From a virus (taxonomy: Duplodnaviria > Caudoviricetes), in IMG/VR virus record IMGVR_UViG_3300044723_007737, positions 1 to 24,333 of that record: a DNA stretch of 24,333 nt; one strand, written 5' to 3'. The position numbers and the translations under genes were made by a program. The notes under the pieces were generated by a model. The model was given only the letters and a program-made list of their open reading frames with translations. It made no database searches and was not told the origin of the DNA. Below are positions 8,038 to 17,200 of the stretch, piece by piece; position 1 is the first letter of the stretch; each line of letters opens with the position of its first letter.

Positions 8038-8466
8038 TTAATTAGTTGACTTTTGATGTAACCACAAATCTTCAGAATCAACCCATGTTTGGTGAACGGG
8101 AAGTATTATTAGTTTTTCAAGACCCAGTTGCTTTATTCTATTAACAACTTTTCTTTGAGCACCTTGCCCATAATAAGTTTCAAATATTTTATCATTTGCC
8201 CATTGGCCTTCCTTTATGGGCAGCCAGCCTGTAGTTAACAAATAAAATTCTGCATACGGTGCCCATGATGCATACAATCCTATTCCTCCGCTAGATTCGT
8301 GCATTACTTCCCAAATATCTACATCGTCAATTCCCATTTCTCTATCGTATGTCCATTTAGTCTTTGGCGGTAATACAAGTTTATCCGAATTCATCCAATC
8401 AGGATTAAAAACTTCGTCTTCATCTGGTCTTATCATTATATTATATGTAGATTTAAATTGAGGCAT
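8038..8466 (-). CDS. Hypothetical protein (142 aa), paralogue of 3933..4256
   Basis: GGAG SD; overlaps the upstream oxygenase; alignable by eye to 3933..4256. Confidence 0.8.
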   Translation of the reverse strand: MPQFKSTYNIMIRPDEDEVFNPDWMNSDKLVLPPKTKWTYDREMGIDDVDIWEVMHESSGGIGLYASWAPYAEFYLLTTGWLPIKEGQWANDKIFETYYGQGAQRKVVNRIKQLGLEKLIILPVHQTWVDSEDLWLHQKSTN

Positions 8467-9028
8467 TTTTGTTTATTTCTCCGTATTTTTGATCAGGAAT
8501 GTCTACTCCTGCATTCCAAGATACTATTGTTTTTCTTTCTGTTGATTTATTGAGAGGTGCTTTGTGCATTACAAAACTAGGAAAGAAGACAGTATCTCCT
8601 TCTTTAACATCAAGCTCAATTACAGTAGATTGATCCCATGGACTTATTATTTTAGTCTTTGGTGTTGAATTTGGTAATTCTACATAGTATACATTAGTAA
8701 AATTATCAGCATGAACGTGCCAGCCGTGTTCGCTATTTTCATAGTATTGTTGAAACCATAGTTCACTTACTGTAAAGTAATTATAACCGCATGATTTATA
8801 TTGTTCTAAAACATGATTCATAAGATCCTTCCACAGATATGCTACCCATTTGCGTGTATTAAAATTTCTGCAGTGATTCCAATCAGTCTTAGAAATATTA
8901 GTTTCAGTATCTAATGATACTTGATCTGTATATTCGGCCACGTCGAGTAATTTTAACAACTCATGCTTTAAGTCATCGTGCTTTGCAAATCGTTCTACTG
9001 AATAAAAAGTGTCTAAGTGGTGTTTCAT
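8453..9028 (-). CDS. Putative 2OG-Fe(II) oxygenase, TIGR02466/2OG-FeII_Oxy_5-like
   Basis: 'WFQQY....H.WHVH', 'VYYVELP', 'EGDTVFFPSFVMH', 'RKTIVSWN'; HxH...H triad. Confidence 0.85.
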   Translation of the reverse strand: MKHHLDTFYSVERFAKHDDLKHELLKLLDVAEYTDQVSLDTETNISKTDWNHCRNFNTRKWVAYLWKDLMNHVLEQYKSCGYNYFTVSELWFQQYYENSEHGWHVHADNFTNVYYVELPNSTPKTKIISPWDQSTVIELDVKEGDTVFFPSFVMHKAPLNKSTERKTIVSWNAGVDIPDQKYGEINKNASI

Positions 9029-9033
9029 GCTAG

Positions 9034-9041
9034 TATTTATA
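9034..9041 (-). promoter_or_regulatory. T4-type late promoter TATAAATA, 5 nt before the ATG at 9028 (leaderless geometry)
   Basis: Minus strand reads TATAAATA-CTAGC-ATG; no SD. Confidence 0.75.
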
Positions 9042-9079
9042 GCATCAAACGACTACCGATTAATAATATTGGATCTTAA

Positions 9080-9964
9080 TTAACTAGCGTATCTAATGAT
9101 AACAATTCCAGATCCACCATCTCCGCCAGCGCCATCTGGTGAATATCCACCACCACCACCGCCTGAACCACGATTTCCTGAAGCACTGCCGCCTCTTCCG
9201 CTATTGGATCTTCCGGAACCTGCATTTGCGCCACCGCCTGATGAGTTACAGCCGTTAGCACCGCCGCCTCCACCACCACCATATGCTACTGATGCTCCAC
9301 TATAGTTGTTGCTTGCTGAACTTCCGCCATTCTGACCTGGTGCTGAGCCGCCTGCTCCTCCACCACCGCCACCACGATTATAACCACCACAACCGCCTGC
9401 CGCGCCTGGGTGTGCATTATTACCTTGGCCTGATGTTCTTGAACCAGCACCTGTTCCGTTTGTGGATCCACCACCTGAACTTCCTCCAGGTTGGCCAGCG
9501 CCACCACTCCAACTTGCGCCACCACCACCTCTAGTGGAAGTTAACCCACCAAAACTTGATGGCTGGCCGTTTTGAGATGCTGATCTTCCTCTACTTGGAC
9601 TTCCAGGACCACCGTTTCCGATTGATACGGCAGTTGATCCTGCGCCTGCTGTGCTTGCACCTGTTTGATAGCCGCCGGCACCGCCGCCGCCGCCCATGCA
9701 AAGGCCACCGCCACCGCCACCTGCAAGAACAAAGTATTCAATATCAAGTGTAGATGCTTGTAGGCCTAACACACCTTCAGGTTGTTTATCTTGTAATGAA
9801 TTAATTACTAGTTCATTTTCACCAGGGTTGGTAAACATGTGAACTCTATATCCGCCTGCTGTGAATACTTGATCACCGCCCGAGATGTCAAATCTTTCTA
9901 ATGTTGGTATTGAATCAGGATGTTTAACCTCCCAATTTTTTCTAATACTATTAATAAATGGCAT
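9080..9964 (-). CDS. Glycine-rich virion/fibre-tip-like protein
   Basis: AGGAG SD; 'GGYRVHMFT', 'IEYFVLAGGGGGG', long poly-Gly tracts and the terminal 'GGSGIVIIRY' typical of phage Gly-rich domains. Confidence 0.8.
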   Translation of the reverse strand: MPFINSIRKNWEVKHPDSIPTLERFDISGGDQVFTAGGYRVHMFTNPGENELVINSLQDKQPEGVLGLQASTLDIEYFVLAGGGGGGLCMGGGGGAGGYQTGASTAGAGSTAVSIGNGGPGSPSRGRSASQNGQPSSFGGLTSTRGGGGASWSGGAGQPGGSSGGGSTNGTGAGSRTSGQGNNAHPGAAGGCGGYNRGGGGGGAGGSAPGQNGGSSASNNYSGASVAYGGGGGGGANGCNSSGGGANAGSGRSNSGRGGSASGNRGSGGGGGGYSPDGAGGDGGSGIVIIRYAS

Positions 9965-9985
9965 TGTTATTTTCTCCTGTTTTCA

Positions 9986-10870
9986 TTATCCTACCACAAA
10001 ATTACCGTTACCGGTAAATGTATGAATTATATTTCCACCGCCCGAACCAACAGATCCACCCGATGCACTTGCTGCTTTCGGAACATCAATTACTACCCAA
10101 GTGTTGGCTGCTCTTTTTCTAATGTAAAATTCTTCGTATTGTGCCATTGTTCCAACTTTGTTAATTGTTACGCCGGCTTCTACAGCAAAGGTTACATTTC
10201 CACTGCCGTTTCTATAGCAGTAAATAATTGCTCCTACTGGAAAAGTGTATGTGGTGTCATTGGGAACTGTTAGTGTTGCAGCTGAACTGTTATTCATGTT
10301 GACTACTTTTGATTGGTCTGCTGCGACAAATGTGTGTGATGCAGTGTATGCATTTTCTTCTCTAAGAGCATCTATAGTTCCGTTTACAATCATTGCATCG
10401 GATTCAAGTGTTCCTGTTGATGGAGTATATGTTAATTTTGATGAACTTGTTCTAACATTTAACAATGTTCCTGTTGTCGATGTTCCAAAAATCGGATAGT
10501 TTACAGTAGCATCCACTGTGTTATCTGTAATCTGGGCTCCTGTTGTTACCCAACTTAATGTTCCTGCACCATCTGATACCAATGATTGATTTGCTTCTGT
10601 TGCATCTGCATCTGGAAGTGTCCATGTTACATTAGAACTAATAGTCGCTGGACCTTCGAAAGCAACCCAGTTACTAGAATCAGAATCTGCAAATCTAAGA
10701 TCACCCTGACTGTTCAATTGCTGATTACCAACAACTTCAAAAATGGCTGTTCCTTTGGGTTCAATCTTGACGTTATCATTTTCTCTGGCTGTCAGAGTAT
10801 TTTCTTTTTCAACAAGGATACCCCCTGTAAGGATACCTCCCGCTCTTCCTGTTGCTATTCTTCTTGCCAT
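9986..10870 (-). CDS. Tail-fibre-like structural protein (294 aa)
   Basis: 'LRFADSDSSNWVAF..P.T...N.TWTLP..D......L..DG.G.LSW', 'LTY.PSTG.L' and 'TLTVP......FPVG..I' modules typical of phage fibres. Confidence 0.7.
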   Translation of the reverse strand: MARRIATGRAGGILTGGILVEKENTLTARENDNVKIEPKGTAIFEVVGNQQLNSQGDLRFADSDSSNWVAFEGPATISSNVTWTLPDADATEANQSLVSDGAGTLSWVTTGAQITDNTVDATVNYPIFGTSTTGTLLNVRTSSSKLTYTPSTGTLESDAMIVNGTIDALREENAYTASHTFVAADQSKVVNMNNSSAATLTVPNDTTYTFPVGAIIYCYRNGSGNVTFAVEAGVTINKVGTMAQYEEFYIRKRAANTWVVIDVPKAASASGGSVGSGGGNIIHTFTGNGNFVVG

Positions 10871-10892
10871 TTTATTTTTTCCTAATTATCAA

Positions 10893-11222
10893 TTACGCCG
10901 TTGCTGTTTCTATGCCCATTGCCACAGCAGAAACTCCAGTGTCGCTAGAATAAACACTAATACTCTTATTAGCATCCAATACTAAACCCGTTCTCTCTAA
11001 TACACCATTTGGTGATAACTGAACTTCATATTCTATAAACTCAGCATTGTTTGGTGCAATTGGTGGTGTTGTTGCTGTAACTGCTAATCTAATGGTTTTG
11101 TTAGCGGCTGTTCTGTTTAAAACACTAATGCTAACGACACTAAAAGTATCAGCAGGCACAGTATACAACGCTTCATACGTTGTTGCTGCACAATCTTTTG
11201 TTCCTAATATTCCTGTTGCCAT
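10893..11222 (-). CDS. Small beta-rich putative virion protein (109 aa)
   Basis: GGAG SD and promoter box upstream; 'LYTVP......SISV.NR......IRLA' and 'GVLERTGLVL' motifs. Confidence 0.8.
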   Translation of the reverse strand: MATGILGTKDCAATTYEALYTVPADTFSVVSISVLNRTAANKTIRLAVTATTPPIAPNNAEFIEYEVQLSPNGVLERTGLVLDANKSISVYSSDTGVSAVAMGIETATA

Positions 11223-11241
11223 TTTATTTGTTCTCCAATGT

Positions 11242-11249
11242 TATTTATG
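11242..11249 (-). promoter_or_regulatory. Late-promoter-like box CATAAATA overlapping the giant gene's stop codon
   Basis: One mismatch to TATAAATA; upstream of the GGAG and ATG at 11222. Confidence 0.55.
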
Positions 11250-14200
11250 TCAAAAAGTAGTTAAATGCTAGCGGATACCCTGTTACGCCGCCCTGGAAGT
11301 TAAATGTAGCCTTCATTTCAATAACTGCTCCAGTTGTGGTTGTAATCTGATTGTTATTAATCAAAATAAATCCAGCAGTAACACTGTTTACGTTAAGTGC
11401 AGCACCACCGCCACCAATTTGTGAGTTAATAAAGGATTTAATTGCTCTCTGTGTTGGAACAATATTATCGCTATTTTCAGTAAAGAACGGATCTGTTGAG
11501 AACTCCGTTACACTTGCTGAATTTCCACCTAGTGTAACTTCTCCCAGTGATAGTTCTTGCAGTCCTGAAATATTAAATGCATCAGCATTCAATGTTGCAA
11601 CACCAGTTGACTGCTCAATTGTAAACAATTCACCAACTCTAAAGTTACCATCTTGGTCAGTGGATGTATAGAATACTCTACCACTATTACTTTCTTGTGT
11701 TTCTTGTAACTGCACTGGATTCTGTGTAGGAGTTCCAGGGTAGTTAGTTTCAGCAAAGTTACCCGTTCCTATATCAAGGAAGTCGTGTCCTGTTAATCTA
11801 ACCTGTGAATATCTAATTCTCATAGTAACAGTAGTCTCATTAACTGGACTGTCAAACACAGTTACATCCGGTGCCACTTGTAAGAATGCTGTGTATGATC
11901 CGTCGTTTGATCCTAATAATGATAATACTTGAACCAATTTAAATGTTCTTGCCGGAAGATGTCCAAATACAACGTTTGATCCAACTGGTGGAACTTTGGT
12001 TAGTCTTCTTACTGCTATAAATGATCCGCTTTGGAAGAAGTCTGCATATCCATCACCTGTATCAACAGCAGCACTACCAGACACATAGCCTGTTCCTCTA
12101 TTGGTCCAACTTGGCTGTCCTAATAATCCCTTACCTATTCTAACTGATGTTGGAGCCTCAAATGTATTGTTGGGATCCGTAATCGTTATTGTTGGTGCGG
12201 TTGAAGTATATCCTGATCCAGGCTCCGTGATTCTGATTGCAAATATTTTTTCTGTTGCAACAAACGCTCTTGCTTGTGTTGTTGCACCCGTTCTAGTATC
12301 ACTTGCTATATCAGTAGATGTTCTACCAATTGATATAAATCTTCCTGTTTGTTGTGGATTACCAAAAGCACTGGCTGTAAATCCGTTTGCTGCTGTGCTT
12401 AATGTTCTAGCAGTCCATGTTATTCCATCCGGTGATGTTGCAGCAGCCGCTGTTGCTGTGACTGCAAGGAATACACCTTGGCCATATTCAACGTGCTGCC
12501 ATTCACCTGTTGATGGAAGTGTAGTTTCTACCCACGTAGCACCATTTAATGAATATGCTGCAAGAGTTCCGTTTGTGGATGAAACAGCAACAAATCTGTT
12601 ATTACCCCAAGTTACGCTGCCCCATTGCGATGAACTTAACCCTGAACCTGCTGTCCATGTTGCGCCGCTGTCTGCAGAGTATGCAACAGCATCCGTGTCT
12701 GAAACTGCTACCCAATATCCGCCACCGTATGCTACTGAAACCCAAGTAGTTGAACTTGGTAATGATGCATCAGTTGCTGTCCATGTTGCGCCGCCATCTA
12801 GTGTAATTGCTGCTTCATTTGATCCTGATTTAACAGCCATCCATTTACCAGCACCATATCCTACATCGCTCCATGATCCTGTAGATGGTAGGTTTCCTCC
12901 TGCTGTCCACGTTACACCGCCATCTTCTGAGAATGTAGTGTCATCAATTCCTGATCCGCCAGCAATTGCTATAATTCTTTCAGCATTAGGAGTTGCTGTT
13001 CCAGCAGTTGATGTAAATGTTCCAACGCCTGTTGCAACAAATACTGTGCCTGCAACAATTGAACTTGATCCAATTGCTGACCAAGGAGTATCTCCAGTGT
13101 TTACAATTGTGTATGATCTTCCTGTAACAAATTCTCCAGCAGTTTCAGTTAGTGTTAATCTTCCGCCTGCTAGTGATGTCCATGTAGTGGAAACTGGCAA
13201 TGTAGTTGCTGCTGCCCATGTAGTTCCATCTACACTGTAGTTTACAGTGTTTCCGCTTGCACTAGGTAATGCAACAAAGTTTCCGCCTGCGCCAACTCCT
13301 GACTGATCAAATGCTAGTATTGCCCCAGTCGCGGAATTTATACTAGTAATCGTTATATCAATGTCATTAGTGGATGTTATTCCGCCTAGATTAGATCCAT
13401 CAATAGTAATGGTGTCAAGTCTAGCATATCCAGTTCCACCAGCGTCTAATCTTACAAGATATTTTGTGCCTCTCTTAGTAATATCAAATGTTGCACCAGT
13501 TCCATTTCCGCTTGTTGTTCCTTGAGATGTATTTTCAAAACTTTCAGTTATACCAGAATATGTAATGTCTGCCCAAGTAGTTGTCGTTGTTAAAGTTTTA
13601 GCCGTTGTTGAGAATGGTGGTGCCGTAAATGACACTCTCGGTTCAACTGTATATGTTGTTGAAGCATCAGGTGCAACAATAGTTCTTCCTGCTACTATAT
13701 GATCCCATCCAGCAGTGCCGTCTGATGGTTTAGTAACTGTTGCAATTTTAGTTCCTGAATTATAAGTAGCAATGGTTCCTACCTGTCCTACACCTGTTCC
13801 TGCTGTTAGATATACTCTCATACCTACATATGCTAAACTAGTTTCACTATCTGTTGCAGCGAGCGTAATCTGTGTTGTTGTTCCACCCTGTGAAGTGTTT
13901 GAATTTGTAATGTATCCAAATCCTCCAAAGTTTCCTTCTGCTTCAGGAGCAGTTGTTGAATCGTCAACATTATCCAATAATCTTACGGTAAATGCTCCGT
14001 CATCTCTAAATTCTTTGTCCTGTTCAGCAGCAGCATTAACACCTGCTCCAAATAGTCCCCAATTTATGTCAGTATATTCTATACCTGCATTTCCGTATTC
14101 AAATTGTAAGAATTCGTTTTCGCCGTCAGTTGTTGCACTATCTACAGTTGCTTTATACTGTAGTTGATTATCTACTATTGCAGTATTTGGTGTTTCTGAT

Positions 14201-17200
14201 CCGTCAAATCCTTCCGCTACTGAACCAAAGTCACCGTATGAGTTATTACCATTAGTTCCTCTGATTCTACCGCCTTCGGTTGCCAAGTAACCAACGTGTG
14301 AGTAGTATGTAAACACTGATACTAGTTCAGCTCTACCGTTATTTGCTACCCAAGCACCGATACCGTCACTTATAACCTGCGTAAAGTCATTTGACACAAT
14401 CGAATCGTTACCGCCGTCGTGTAGTGCACCGTCAATTTTTTGTCCTATTGCTGCATAACCAAATGTAGTGTTGTTCTGCACATAAGGTGAACGTGCTACA
14501 ATCCAAGTTCTAAAGTCTGCTGGTCCCCAACCTGGATCCAACGAGCAGTAAGCGCCTGCTGATACCCTTGAAGTTCCGTATGCATTTTCAGGTAATAGAC
14601 TACCGTTCAAGCCGTCCATTGTTTGATTTCTAATACCAGTTCCGTTGCGTAGGTAATAAAAGTCTTCTTCTTGTGATCCGAGAACTGCGTTAGCATAGTA
14701 TCTTGCAACATATCTTGATCTATAATTTGAAGTCCATTGTAGATCCCATTTTAATGCATCAATGTATGTTCCAACATCTCTAGCACACAATGCACTATCA
14801 TATACTAGTTCAAGCCCCATGCTGCCAGTTGCTGTTGTAAGTGTAACCGCTGTAGTTGCATATCTAGTAGTTCCTATAGTGAATGTAGTTGCACTAACAA
14901 CATCTTGAACATAATATGTTGTATCTACTTCTACGCCGCCGAAGCCGGTTCCTGTAAATTTAATTGCTGTATTTCTTTTTAACCAACTAGTGTCAGTAAT
15001 GGTAATTACATTAGTTGTCACAGTTGTGTTAGTAGCAGTGTCACTAAACGTTCCGTCAATGTATGCTGCAATTTCATCCTGAATGAATGTTCTATTTTGT
15101 TCTAATTTTAATCTAGCATAATCTCTAACACGAAGTTCAGTTGCACATACATTACCTTCATTAGTAGCACCAAAGAAAATTGTATCTAATTTATCCATTA
15201 GTAACTCAACTCTTGCTGCTGCTGTAGCATCACTGTTTAAGTATGTTGCTGTGTCTCCTGCAATAACTCCAGCCAAATATTTGTATGAAGCTCTTGTTGC
15301 TGCTTTTTGTCCTAGTGTATACACGTCACTTGCTGTGCTTCTTAAATATGATAGTCCTGCAATGTGTGTTGCAAAGTTCGTAGAGTCTGCATTTGCCGCA
15401 GCATTACCTAACATAAAGTCAAACATTACTGCTTCAAGAATTAATCTCGTATCTCTCTTACACTTGGCTTCGTTGTATACTAAATCAGGATATTCTGTTG
15501 AAATATAACTGTCGACTAGTGTAACTAATGCCTCTTGCTGCGCATCTAAGGTCTCTGCAGCGGTAATAAGTGCTGTTGTTGAACTTACACCGTCTGTTAC
15601 TGCTGGATAGTCTTCTTTATGTGCCGGAATACTTAATCCACTGCCGTCAAGTAGTGTAAATGTAGATCCGCCAAATGTCTCACTAATTGTTAATTCATCA
15701 GTTGCTGGAATACTAGCCACCCAATATTTTGTATCCTTTACTAAGTTCTTATCAGTTTCCAAAGGAATAAAAGAATCTCCAACTTGTAATCCATGATCTG
15801 CTAATGTGGTTATAACATTTGATGATATTGAAGATACAGTTGTGTTTGGTAGATCTGCACCTGTTGAATCACCTGCTATTGTATTAAGAACTATTTGGAA
15901 AGTATCTTCAACAAAAGTTCTTGCTGCTGCACCTGCATCCGCATTTCTAAATTGTGGAATAGTATCTTGTAGTGCAGGCGGTGCAAGATCTCTTACAACA
16001 TTTCCTAGAGTAGTTTTTAAGAATTCGTATGCTGCAATAGTTTCTGTTACAGTGGATGCTGAAAGAGCACTTACTGAACTGTTTCCATCCCAATATGCTT
16101 TCGCAGCATTAAGAGTTTGAAAATGTCCACCATATGTTAAGTCATAACTTAGTGCATCAATAATAAATCCAACGTCCTGTTTACACTTTGTTTTATTATA
16201 TTTTAGAGTAGGATAGTTATTTGTTATATACTGGGCAACTTCTTCCTGGAAGAATTTTTTATTTTCAAGAATATTTTTCTTTGCAGTTCCGTATCCTACC
16301 AAGTATGAAGTATTGTATCCTACAGGCTCAGTTAAATTAGTTGTATGTTTAGTGCCAAGTCTAGAATCAACTTGTTCTTTCATTACATCAACAAGTTTTA
16401 TTGTTTCAACTGACGTTTCTGAATCATCTGCAACTGGCCAAGTTTGATCTTGTGCTGTTGTATTACCAGGTGTTGGTGTAACTGCTGTTCCAGAAACTAC
16501 GTCACCAATGATTGCACTTAATCTTTCAAATGTGTCAATTGTATAGAAAGAATCGCTTATATCAGTTGTTCTATCACTTGCTTTTGCTGCTGCAACATTA
16601 GTTGAACGAACTTCATCCCCTAAGATTACTGTTTCTGCTGGAACAATGATAGGTAATACTTCTTTATAACTTCCTGCTTTAACATTAATTACAACATTTG
16701 GAACAACTCTTTCTGGAATTTTACTTGTGTCGCCTGCTGTAATTGTGTCTGTTATAATCTTCAATAGTGTTCCAACAGTAGTTGTTACACCTGCTTCAGT
16801 TGTATAATCCTCATCAATGTATTGTGCTGCTACTGCACTAGAATCATCTGCATTTTGATATGCAGTTGCTGGTGCTGTGTTTGCTAATACACTACCGATA
16901 ATTGTTTCTAGATATGTATATGCTGCAACTGACTGTTCTGCTTCTGCCGCCAATCCTGCGCCGCCGTAAACTTTATCTTCTGATGCTGCTGAAAATTCAC
17001 CATCTGCACTAAATCCGTTAACAAACGAAAGTGCTGCTGCTCTTATTTTTAGGTTACCGCCGTGTCCTAAATCCCAAATTAGTCTGTCGATAGTATATCC
17101 AAGATCTCTTTCACATTTATATTCGTCATAATCAAAGTTTTCCCAAATACTTCCGCCTGCTGCGTTATCGACTTGGTATTCTAGATAACTTGAAACTTCT

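Noticed and set aside
9096-9753. GC-rich ccaccgcc repeats and Pro-, His- or Val-rich alternative ORFs
   Set aside because: These are the glycine codons of 9080..9964; not a CRISPR array, VNTR or separate genes.
12101-13240. 379-aa plus-strand ORF, and similar ones at 13772, 15251, 15806, 20967, 22515, 2804, 4511 and 10245
   Set aside because: Antisense shadows of long Thr/Ala/Gly-rich genes whose codon bias avoids reverse-strand stops; no RBS, promoter or recognisable motif.
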